A stretch of DNA of 33,322 bases, from the NCBI GenBank assembly GCA_023255765.1, contig JAGDVT010000033.1:1-33322 (forward strand), given 5' to 3'. The notes beneath the pieces are model-generated. The model had not been told where the DNA came from, did not search any database, and saw nothing but the letters and a program-made list of their open reading frames with translations. The DNA comes from Candidatus Paceibacter sp. (GTDB lineage Bacteria > Patescibacteriota > Minisyncoccia > UBA6257 > HR35). Position 1 is the stretch's first letter, and every line of letters begins with the position of its first letter. Made by a program: the position numbers and the translations under genes. Shown here piece after piece: positions 25,736 through 33,322 of the stretch.

Positions 25736-26411
25736 TGATTATAGTAAAATGCTTAATTAAAATTTCTGCAGCATCTTTTAATGCTTTATCTGGCGTGATG
25801 GTACCATCTGTTTCAATAGTTATTCTTAGTAGATTATAGTCAGCCCTTTCCCTATATACTATATTTTCAACTTCATAACTTACATTTACAATTGGAGAAA
25901 ATATTGCATCTAAAACTATTGTTCCAGGTTCTACTCTTTCTTTTTCTCTTTCTTCCGCAGAGGAATAACCATAACCTTTTTCTACTGTTAGCTTCATTTT
26001 TATTTCTGCTTCACTCGAAGTAATTGTTGCTATTTTTAATTCGGGATTTACTATTTCTACGCCTGCAGGGCACTTTATATCTTTTGCGTATATTTCACCT
26101 TCCCCCTTTTTATAAAGTTCTAATTCTACAGGTTCTTCTCCTTCATACTTCACTCTTACTTTTTTAAGTGCTAATAAAATATCAATAACATCTTCCAATA
26201 CACCTGGAATAGAAGTAAACTCGTGCAAAACGTTTTCTATATGAACTAAAGTAATCGCCGCACCTCTGATTGAAGATAAAAGAACCCTCCTTAAAGCATT
26301 TCCAATTGTAACTCCATATCCTGGATACAAAGGAGCAATTTCAAAAGTTGCTTTATTTTTTTCAGAAGATACAAGTTTTGGTTTTTCTGGTAAGATTAAT
26401 TCTTTTATCAT
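25719..26411 (-). CDS. rpoA: RNA polymerase alpha subunit (N-terminal domain only, 230 aa)
   Basis: PLYPGYGVTIGNALRRVLLSS, HEFTSIPGVLED, DAIFSP, ETDGTITP; lies between rpsD and rplQ. Confidence 0.95.
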   Translation of the reverse strand: MIKELILPEKPKLVSSEKNKATFEIAPLYPGYGVTIGNALRRVLLSSIRGAAITLVHIENVLHEFTSIPGVLEDVIDILLALKKVRVKYEGEEPVELELYKKGEGEIYAKDIKCPAGVEIVNPELKIATITSSEAEIKMKLTVEKGYGYSSAEEREKERVEPGTIVLDAIFSPIVNVSYEVENIVYRERADYNLLRITIETDGTITPDKALKDAAEILIKHFTIINEASS

Positions 26412-26444
26412 TTATTTAAAAATAATATAAATTTTTAATTCGAC

Positions 26445-27062
26445 TTATTTAGAATAATATTGTAAGGCTAAAGGCACATTAAAGGGTAAATTAAGCTCTT
26501 CAGGCTCCGGATATCTTAAAAATTCACCTTTTAAAGTATTAATATCTATTTTAAGCCAAGGTGGCGGAGAATATATTTTTAATTTTTTTTGCAAATCTTT
26601 AAATGGTTCAATATTTTTACTTGCAGGCCTTATTTCTATTATATCTCCAGGCTCTAATAATAAAGAGGGAGTTTTTACTCTTTGACCATTAACTAAAAAA
26701 TGACCATGGGAAACAAGCTGTCTAGCATGAAGCTTTGAATTTGTATACCCCAGCCTCCAAACAACATTATCTAATTTACTTTCTAATAACTTAATCAAAG
26801 CAATGGGCAAAGGCTCTTTCCATTTCTCTGCTTTTTCTATGAAATTTTTAAGTTGTTTTTCTTTCAATAAATAATAAAATCTTATTTTTTGTTTTTCAAC
26901 AAGACTTCTTCCATAGTCAGATAAAACCCTCGGTTTATTCCCATGCATTCCAGGCCTTGTTCTTCTTCTTGATAACGCACATTTATTAGAAGAGCATCTC
27001 TCGTTCCACAAAATTTTTTGTCCTAAACTTCTACAAATTTTGCACTTTTTAGCAATAAGCAT
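26445..27062 (-). CDS. rpsD: 30S ribosomal protein S4 (zinc-binding type)
   Basis: CKICR...KC, PGMHG, EKQK, LDNVVWRLG, ARQLVSHGH. Confidence 0.96.
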   Translation of the reverse strand: MLIAKKCKICRSLGQKILWNERCSSNKCALSRRRTRPGMHGNKPRVLSDYGRSLVEKQKIRFYYLLKEKQLKNFIEKAEKWKEPLPIALIKLLESKLDNVVWRLGYTNSKLHARQLVSHGHFLVNGQRVKTPSLLLEPGDIIEIRPASKNIEPFKDLQKKLKIYSPPPWLKIDINTLKGEFLRYPEPEELNLPFNVPLALQYYSK

Positions 27063-27496
27063 TATACTCTTCGAGGTTTAGGAGGTGTAGGACCACCGAA
27101 AGGAATTGGAGTCCTATCCTCTATAGATATAATATTTAAATCAGAATTAAATAAAACTCTCAAAGCAGATTCCCTGCCAGGTCCTATGCCTTTTATTATA
27201 ATCTTAACTTCACCAACATCAAAATTTGCTTTAATTTTTTCTAATAAAACCTCAGCAGTTTTTGCTCCTGCATAAGGTGTAGCCTCTTTTGTGTTTTTAA
27301 AACCACAACTTCCCGCTGATGACCAGCACAAAACATTTCCATTTGCATCAGTGAAACACATTAGAGTATTATTAAAATGGGAATTAATATGAATAATACC
27401 AACATCAACCCTTTTTTTCTTTTTTGCTTTTTTAATCTTTATGCCTTCTTCTTTTATCTCTTCTCCTTGTATTGTTTTTGTTCTCGTTCTACCCAT
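27062..27496 (-). CDS. rpsK: 30S ribosomal protein S11
   Basis: FNNT...GN...WSSAG..GF...TPYA...KGIGPGRESA...PPKPRRV. Confidence 0.95.
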   Translation of the reverse strand: MGRTRTKTIQGEEIKEEGIKIKKAKKKKRVDVGIIHINSHFNNTLMCFTDANGNVLCWSSAGSCGFKNTKEATPYAGAKTAEVLLEKIKANFDVGEVKIIIKGIGPGRESALRVLFNSDLNIISIEDRTPIPFGGPTPPKPRRV

Positions 27497-27498
27497 TT

Positions 27499-27882
27499 TT
27501 ATTTTTTAGATAATTTTCTTTTACCAGAACCAACTGTTTTACGTGGTCCTTTTCTTGTTCTTGCGTTTGTTCTTGTTCTTTGTCCCCAAACAGGTAATTT
27601 TCTTGAATGCCTTAATCCTCTATAACATTGAATTTCTATAAGTCTTCTTATATTTGCCTGTATTTCTCTTTTTAAATCACCTTCAATCTTTAAATTTTCA
27701 TTTATATATTTTTCAATTTTACCAATCTCTTCAATAGAAAGCTCTTTAGTTTTTTTCATAGGATCAATATTCAGATATTCACATATTTTTTTAGCCAAAG
27801 ATCTTCCAATCCCATATATTTTAGGCAACGCAAATAAAATCCTTTTTTCACTTGGTAATTCTACTCCTGCAATTCTAACCAT
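27499..27882 (-). CDS. rpsM: 30S ribosomal protein S13
   Basis: RIAGV...IYGIG...EGDL...YRGLRH...GQRTRTNARTRKG. Confidence 0.97.
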   Translation of the reverse strand: MVRIAGVELPSEKRILFALPKIYGIGRSLAKKICEYLNIDPMKKTKELSIEEIGKIEKYINENLKIEGDLKREIQANIRRLIEIQCYRGLRHSRKLPVWGQRTRTNARTRKGPRKTVGSGKRKLSKK

Positions 27883-27884
27883 TT

Positions 27885-27998
27885 TTAACCTTGTCTTTGT
27901 TTATGTTTTGGATTTTCGCAAATAACATACAATCGACCTTCTCTTTTTACTATTTTACACTTTTTACACCTTTTTTTAATTGATGCCTTTACTTTCAT
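27885..27998 (-). CDS. rpmJ: 50S ribosomal protein L36
   Basis: [37 protein letters not shown]; true ATG at 27998. Confidence 0.97.
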   Translation of the reverse strand: MKVKASIKKRCKKCKIVKREGRLYVICENPKHKQRQG

Positions 27999-28002
27999 TT
28001 TT

Positions 28003-28209
28003 TTATTTTCTTTTAATAATTCTACCTCTTCTTTTATCATAAGGAGAAAGTTCAACAACAACCTCATCCCCTGGTACTATTTTAATATAATTAATTCTCA
28101 TCTTGCCTGATAAATAAGCTAAGACTTCACCTCCATTTTTTAATTGTACTTTAAAAGTTGTATCTGGCAACGCCTCAATTACTATTCCTTCCACTATTTC
28201 TTTTTTCAT
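28003..28209 (-). CDS. infA: Translation initiation factor IF-1
   Basis: EGIVIEALP...LSGKMR...[14 protein letters not shown]; true ATG at 28209 (the track extension runs through tRNA-Pro). Confidence 0.96.
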   Translation of the reverse strand: MKKEIVEGIVIEALPDTTFKVQLKNGGEVLAYLSGKMRINYIKIVPGDEVVVELSPYDKRRGRIIKRK

Positions 28210-28223
28210 TTTTAAAAATATAA

Positions 28224-28296
28224 TCGGGGTGGCCGGATTCGAACCGGCAATCTCGTGGTCCCAAACCACGCGCCTTAACCATTAGGCCACACCCCG
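28224..28296 (-). tRNA. tRNA-Pro(UGG), CCA not encoded
   Basis: CGGGGTG TG GCCT AATGGTTA AGGC G CGTGG TT-TGG-GA CCACG AGATT GCCGG TTCGAAT CCGGC CACCCCG A. Confidence 0.95.
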
Positions 28297-28307
28297 TAAT
28301 TTTAAAA

Positions 28308-28380
28308 TGGACCCAGAGGGACTCGAACCCTCGGCCTCCGCCATGCCATAGCGGCGCTCTACCAACTGAGCTATGGGCCC
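28308..28380 (-). tRNA. tRNA-Ala(GGC), CCA not encoded
   Basis: GGGCCCA TA GCTC AGTTGGTA GAGC G CCGCT AT-GGC-AT GGCGG AGGCC GAGGG TTCGAGT CCCTC TGGGTCC A; G3:U70 Ala determinant and A32-U38 pair present. Confidence 0.95.
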
Positions 28381-28398
28381 TTTGTAATATTAATTTTA

Positions 28399-29853
28399 TC
28401 AATTTTCTTTTTCTTTTACAAATGGAAAATATATAACTTCTTTTAAATATTTACTATTAGTTAAAATCATAACTAATCTATCAATCCCTATTCCTAATCC
28501 TGCTGTGGGTGGCATTCCATATTCTAAAGCTTCTATAAATGTTTCATCATAAGGATGAGCCTCTTCATCACCTTGTTTCAAAAGCTTACTTTGCTCTTCG
28601 AATCTATTTTTTTGATCTATTGGATCGTTTAATTCTGCAAAAGCATTTATAACCTCCAAGCCACCTATATAACCTTGAAACCTTAATGTTAATTCAGGGT
28701 TTTTTCTATTTAATTTTGCTAAAGGAGATATTTCTTTTGGATGATCAATCAAAAATGTTGGCTGAATTAATTCTTTTCTAATAATTTTTTTGAAAATCTC
28801 ATCAACTATTTTACCTTTTGTTATTATTTTTGGGTTAAATTCTATATTATTCTTTTTTGCAAAATTTATAAAATCTTCTAAACTATTTTTAAAATAATCT
28901 AAGTCTGTATATTTTTTTATTATATCAACATATTTAATTCTTTTCCATTTTTTCCCAAAATCTATTTTGTGTCCTTGATATTCTATGATATACATCTCTT
29001 TTTTATTAAATTTTTTATTAAATCTTTTTACAAGTTCTTTTATAAGTTCTTCTACAAATTTCATTAAAGATTCTCTATCACAATATGCGTAATAGAGTTC
29101 CATCATTGTAAATTCTGGATTATGTTCTCTATCTATTCCTTCGTTTCTAAAATTTTTACCTATTTCAAATATTTTTTCAAAACCACCAACAATCATTTTT
29201 TTAAGATAAAGCTCTGGCGCTATTCTTAAATATAAAGGAATATCTAATGCTTCTAAATAAGTTTTAAAAGGTTTAGCCAGAGCCCCACCATAATGAGTTT
29301 GCAAAATTGGAGTTTCAACTTCTACAAAGCCTTTTTCCCACAAAATTTCCCTTAAAATTCTTATGATATAAAATCTTTTGTCGAAAATCAATTTATCTTC
29401 ATCATAAAATATTGTTCTTAGATAAGGATTTCTAATTAACAGCTCTTCATCCCTAAATTTATAATATTCTTTAGGAAAATTTTTTAATGATTTAGATAAT
29501 AAAACATATTTTTTTACTAGTACACTTTTTTCTTTAGTTTTGGGCAAAAAAGCATTACCATAAATATTAATAAAATCTCCTATTTTAAAAATTTCTCTAA
29601 AAATTTTAAATTTCAAAGTAAAATCTTTTTTAAGTATGCATTGAATTTTACTTGTCTCATCTTTAATATCTATAAAAATAATATTTCCATGATCTCTAAT
29701 AGCCATTATTCTTCCGACTATCCAAAAGCGCTTTTTATTTTTTAAAAATTTTCTGAAATTTAAAATAATTTCTGATATGCTAAAATCCCTCTTACTTTTT
29801 TCTGGATAAGGATCAATTCCTATTTTTTTAATTTTTTCTATTTCTTCTAACAT
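28399..29853 (-). CDS. lysS: Lysine--tRNA ligase (class II)
   Basis: EVETP, GGALAKPFKT, LRIAPELYLK, FRNEGID..HNPEFT, YGMPPTAGLGIGIDRL. Confidence 0.97.
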   Translation of the reverse strand: MLEEIEKIKKIGIDPYPEKSKRDFSISEIILNFRKFLKNKKRFWIVGRIMAIRDHGNIIFIDIKDETSKIQCILKKDFTLKFKIFREIFKIGDFINIYGNAFLPKTKEKSVLVKKYVLLSKSLKNFPKEYYKFRDEELLIRNPYLRTIFYDEDKLIFDKRFYIIRILREILWEKGFVEVETPILQTHYGGALAKPFKTYLEALDIPLYLRIAPELYLKKMIVGGFEKIFEIGKNFRNEGIDREHNPEFTMMELYYAYCDRESLMKFVEELIKELVKRFNKKFNKKEMYIIEYQGHKIDFGKKWKRIKYVDIIKKYTDLDYFKNSLEDFINFAKKNNIEFNPKIITKGKIVDEIFKKIIRKELIQPTFLIDHPKEISPLAKLNRKNPELTLRFQGYIGGLEVINAFAELNDPIDQKNRFEEQSKLLKQGDEEAHPYDETFIEALEYGMPPTAGLGIGIDRLVMILTNSKYLKEVIYFPFVKEKEN

Positions 29854-31094
29854 TATTGACTAATCTGTCTTTGTTGTAATCCTTGCTCTAATTGTGCAGA
29901 AATTTGTTGATAAACAGGAACTATAATTGAAACTGCAATTAATCCTACGATTAATCCTACAAAAACTATAAGAAGCGGCTCAAGTAATGTCATAAGATTT
30001 TTAATAGTATATTTTACCTCATCTTCATAATATTTTTCCATAACTTCTAATACTTTATTCAAATTCCCTGTTTCTGAGCCTATTATCATAACTCCTGAAA
30101 ATACTGGAGGAAAAATCTTTTCTTGAGATAAAACTTCTTCAAAATTAGAGCCACCTTGAATTTTTTGATGCATTCTTAATGTAGCTTCTTTTAATTCAGG
30201 ATGAGAGATGACCAAACTAGTAAGATATAGCCCTTGAGAAATCGTAATACCGCTTTCTATTAGAGATCCTAAAATAAAACAAAAAGACCTTAAATTCATA
30301 TTTAAAATTAAATTTTTTAAAATAGGCAATCTTAAACTTATTTTTAGCAAAATATTCCTTCCCTTTCTTGTAATTAAAAGTGAAATTAATATAACTATAA
30401 ATAGAAATAAAAAACTAAAAATTAACTTAATATGATCCCCGATCCATATACCTGTTGTTAGAATAACCCTTGAAAAAGCAGGCAATTTTGTGCCCATTTG
30501 TTGGACTAAGCCAGCAATTTTAGGTATAACAAAAGTTGTTACTAATATAATCACTGCAAATGCGGCTATTAATATTATAGAAGGATAAAGTAAAGAAGAC
30601 ATAAGCTCCGTTCTGACATTCTTTTCTTTTTCTAAATCCTCTACCCACTTATCAAAAGTTTTTGTAAGATTACCAGAAAGCTCACCTATTTTAATTAACT
30701 CTATTTCAACAGGAGTAAAGCTTTCAGGAAAATATTGAAATGTCAAATAAAATGGACTCCCTTTTTCTAAATTATAAATTAAAAACAAAACAAAATCTTT
30801 TAAAATCCCATCTTTTAAATTCTTTACGAAAATTTTTAAACCATCTATAAATCCAGCTCCTGATTTTAATATAAGAGATACATTTCTTGCAAAAAAAATT
30901 TTATCTTTTAGAGATATTCTTTTTAATGGTTTTAATATTTTATAAAAAAAAGTTTCAGCAGATAAAGAAATTTTAATAGGAGTAAGTCCCAATCCTGATA
31001 AATAATCTGTGATTTCTTGTTCCGATTCAGCAATTAATTTTGCTTTATGTATTTTACCTAATTGATCTATAGCGACAAATTTATAAAAATTCAT
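29853..31094 (-). CDS. pilC: Type IV pilus/T2SS inner membrane platform protein (PilC/GspF)
   Basis: Two GspF repeats: GELSGNL...YP and GSETGNL...LLEP; adjacent to pilB. Confidence 0.92.
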   Translation of the reverse strand: MNFYKFVAIDQLGKIHKAKLIAESEQEITDYLSGLGLTPIKISLSAETFFYKILKPLKRISLKDKIFFARNVSLILKSGAGFIDGLKIFVKNLKDGILKDFVLFLIYNLEKGSPFYLTFQYFPESFTPVEIELIKIGELSGNLTKTFDKWVEDLEKEKNVRTELMSSLLYPSIILIAAFAVIILVTTFVIPKIAGLVQQMGTKLPAFSRVILTTGIWIGDHIKLIFSFLFLFIVILISLLITRKGRNILLKISLRLPILKNLILNMNLRSFCFILGSLIESGITISQGLYLTSLVISHPELKEATLRMHQKIQGGSNFEEVLSQEKIFPPVFSGVMIIGSETGNLNKVLEVMEKYYEDEVKYTIKNLMTLLEPLLIVFVGLIVGLIAVSIIVPVYQQISAQLEQGLQQRQISQ

Positions 31095-31095
31095 T

Positions 31096-32802
31096 TTATT
31101 CTTTGATTACCCTTAATACTTCTTCTAATGTTGTAATACCAGCTACAACCTTTTCAAAACCATCTTCAAACATTGTTTTAAAGCCTTTATTTCTTAATAA
31201 ATCCTTAAATTCAACTAGATTAAATTCTTTTCTTGATAAATAATCAGCAATTTCATCATCTACAAAAAACATTTCAAAAATACCAGTTCTTCCTTTATAT
31301 CCTGAATAACCACAATATTCACACCCCCGTCCTTTATAAATATACCGAGGAGATTGGAAATTTTCAATTTGTTCCTTCGACCAGCCAGATCTATAAAGTT
31401 GGTCCTTTATCATTTCTTCTTGATAAGGTTTAATTTCTTCGGTAAATATGCAATTTAAGCAAATTTTTCTTACCAATCTTTGTGCCATAACTAAAACTAA
31501 AGTTGAAGCAACCAAATATTTTGGTACCCCTAAATCTATTAATCTTGGAACTGCGGTTGGGGCATCATTAGTGTGCAAAGTAGAAAGTATTAAGTGTCCT
31601 GTCAATGCTGCTTGTATTGCTATATCAGCAGTTTCAAAATCTCTAATCTCACCTACCATTATTATGTTTGGATCTTGTCTTAAAAGCGCTCTTAAGCCAG
31701 AAGCAAAAGTTAAATCTACTTTAGGATTAACTTGTATTTGATTCACTCTTTCCAATTCATATTCAATAGGATCTTCAATTGTACATATATTAACCTCAGG
31801 TCTATTTAAAAGCTGTAATATTGTATATAAAGTAGTAGTTTTACCAGATCCAGTAGGTCCAGTAGAAAGAATCATGCCATAAGTTTTCTCCATTGCTGCT
31901 TCCATTAGTTTTTGAGCTTTTTCATTCATACCAAGTTCTGCTAAAGAAGTAGGTCTAAATGTAGATGCCAATAACCTTAAAACAGCTTTTTCTCCATACA
32001 TTGTTGGCACTATAGAAACCCTTATATCAAACTCAAAATCGCCTAATTTTGTTTTAAATCTTCCATCTTGAGGTCTGAAATGTTCATCCAATTGAAGTTG
32101 AGATAGTATTTTTATTCTAGCAATCAAAGATGGATGTAAGTTTTTAGGTAATCTCATAATTTCTCTTAATACACCATCTATCCTAAATCTTACTAAACTA
32201 TAATCAGCAAATATTTCTATGTGTATATCAGATGCATTAAGTCCCATCGCGTAATTTAAAAGATTATCTACAATTCTGGTAGCAGAAATCCTTTCTTCTT
32301 CCTCTGTGAGAAAAGCTTTTTCAAATACTTGAACATCCTTTGTTAATAATTGTTGGTATTTTTCTCTATATAATGCTTGATAATTTATTAATGCTCTTTG
32401 TATTTCATCCTCAAATGCAAATAAAGGCTCAATTTTTTTACCGGTTATATTAGATACAAGATTAATTGTCTCAAAATCTCTAGGATTTGCCATTGCTAAA
32501 CTTAAAGTATCTCCTTCAATATCTACAGGAATAACTTTTTTCTGTATAGCAATCTGTTCTGGAACTAACCTTAACACACTAGGATTTATCGAAATAAACC
32601 TTAAATTTGCTCTTTTAACACCTAAGTACTCACTTAATATATTTCCAAAATAATCTTTATCAAGCCATCTTCTGCTAAACATTAAGTCTAAAGGATGAAT
32701 ATTTAGTCTTTTTGCTTCTTTTTGTATTTCTTCCCAAGTAGATTCGTCAACTAAATGATTTTTTATTAAAATATCCTTTAATTCTGTTTCTGATATTATC
32801 AT
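31096..32802 (-). CDS. pilB: Type IV pilus/T2SS assembly ATPase (PilB/GspE)
   Basis: ASDIHIE, PQDGR, TGPTGSGKTTT, TIEDPIE, LRQDPNIIMVGEIRD, TGHL.LSTLHTN, CLNC/CEYC zinc site. Confidence 0.95.
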   Translation of the reverse strand: MIISETELKDILIKNHLVDESTWEEIQKEAKRLNIHPLDLMFSRRWLDKDYFGNILSEYLGVKRANLRFISINPSVLRLVPEQIAIQKKVIPVDIEGDTLSLAMANPRDFETINLVSNITGKKIEPLFAFEDEIQRALINYQALYREKYQQLLTKDVQVFEKAFLTEEEERISATRIVDNLLNYAMGLNASDIHIEIFADYSLVRFRIDGVLREIMRLPKNLHPSLIARIKILSQLQLDEHFRPQDGRFKTKLGDFEFDIRVSIVPTMYGEKAVLRLLASTFRPTSLAELGMNEKAQKLMEAAMEKTYGMILSTGPTGSGKTTTLYTILQLLNRPEVNICTIEDPIEYELERVNQIQVNPKVDLTFASGLRALLRQDPNIIMVGEIRDFETADIAIQAALTGHLILSTLHTNDAPTAVPRLIDLGVPKYLVASTLVLVMAQRLVRKICLNCIFTEEIKPYQEEMIKDQLYRSGWSKEQIENFQSPRYIYKGRGCEYCGYSGYKGRTGIFEMFFVDDEIADYLSRKEFNLVEFKDLLRNKGFKTMFEDGFEKVVAGITTLEEVLRVIKE

Positions 32803-33322
32803 GGTTTAAATAATTCCAAAATTCCTAATTTGTTTTTTGCTATCATATTAATTATTATAAGAAAAATAGCGATAAAAACCCAATTATCTTTTAAAGAGAT
32901 TTTTTCAAAAAAATCACTTTTTCTTTTTAATTTATTTAAAATGTGCAAAAAGAAAATAATAGCGAAACCAAAAATAATTAGAAAGAAATTTAATGGGAAA
33001 TCAATAAATGAAGTTAATATAGGAATAATATAGTATTCTTCCTCGTAAAATAATGTTTCTTTAAACATTTTATTTAAAAAATAAATAAGTAAAAATACCC
33101 AAAAAGCCCCTAATAATCTCCAAACAAAATCTTTATAAATATGATGATATGTATAAGAGATAAAATAAAAAATAGATTGATTCGGCGGTAATAAATTTCT
33201 CGAAATAGGATGACTTGCCCAAACTATATATTGAACGTATTCTAAGTAAATAATATAAAACAAAGCTAACAAAAAATAAATTAAAAATATTAAAATCCAA
33301 TAAATTTTTTCTTTCCTTCTGA
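32799..33322 (-). CDS. Hypothetical polytopic membrane protein, 5' end beyond the window
   Basis: The frame of track ORF 32799..33272 stays open to the window edge (RRKEKIYWILIFLIYFLLALF...); ATGA overlap with pilB. Confidence 0.6.
   Translation of the reverse strand, partial: RRKEKIYWILIFLIYFLLALFYIIYLEYVQYIVWASHPISRNLLPPNQSIFYFISYTYHHIYKDFVWRLLGAFWVFLLIYFLNKMFKETLFYEEEYYIIPILTSFIDFPLNFFLIIFGFAIIFFLHILNKLKRKSDFFEKISLKDNWVFIAIFLIIINMIAKNKLGILELFKP

Noticed and set aside
25700..25740. rpoA as a pseudogene or frameshift
   Set aside because: The NTD is intact and the downstream sequence is fully accounted for by rplQ, so a natural truncation is more parsimonious.
27460..27496. uS11 N-terminus MGRTRTKT resembles eS17 MGRVRTKT
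   Set aside because: Too short and low-complexity basic to support homology.
28175..28402. 75-aa ORF and the N-terminal extension of infA to 28269
   Set aside because: Both are read-throughs of tRNA-Ala and tRNA-Pro.
1748..33033. Numerous 60-124 aa ORFs opposite or inside real genes (e.g. 1748, 5147, 6329, 9303, 10344, 14610, 17015, 22474, 23529, 27377, 31448, 32830)
   Set aside because: Fully nested in confidently identified CDSs with no recognisable motifs.
1..33322. Alternative genetic code (UGA recoding), CRISPR array, DGR repeats, IS elements, rRNA
   Set aside because: Conserved genes are intact under code 11 and end at TGA where expected; no spaced repeats, reverse transcriptase, transposase or long structured GC-rich tract were seen by eye.

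Overview
Very AT-rich, extremely gene-dense bacterial chromosomal segment using genetic code 11 (TGA acts as stop in several ATGA overlaps). Almost all genes are on the minus strand. Gene content and style point to a Patescibacteria/CPR (Parcubacteria-like) organism; this is an inference. From left to right: (i) about 11.5 kb T4SS-like locus (T4SS-pilin-domain gene, VirB4-like ATPase, PrgI-like, VirB6/TrbL-like membrane protein, 1091-aa secreted protein) directly behind tRNA-Thr, with no relaxase, integrase or coupling protein in view; (ii) ftsB-like, yraN, leuS, tRNA-Ile(UAU), hsp20, prsW, valS; (iii) a lone plus-strand HExxH protein running into tRNA-Val; (iv) permease, mgtC, LOG-family, rpmI, infC, YkuK, AI-2E, M16 peptidase; (v) rpsP and the alpha operon (infA-rpmJ-rpsM-rpsK-rpsD-rpoA-rplQ), tRNA-Pro, tRNA-Ala, lysS and pilC/pilB-like genes. 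Main oddities: a tRNA-Ile with a UAU anticodon; CCA-less tRNAs 4 nt ahead of start codons or overlapping both neighbouring CDSs (possible tRNA-punctuation expression); RpoA without its C-terminal domain; C-terminally short ValRS; uS11 without the HNG motif; infC without a canonical start codon; and a recurring TTATTTTATAAT element close to starts that lack a Shine-Dalgarno sequence. All protein calls come from motif recognition by eye; no searches were run.
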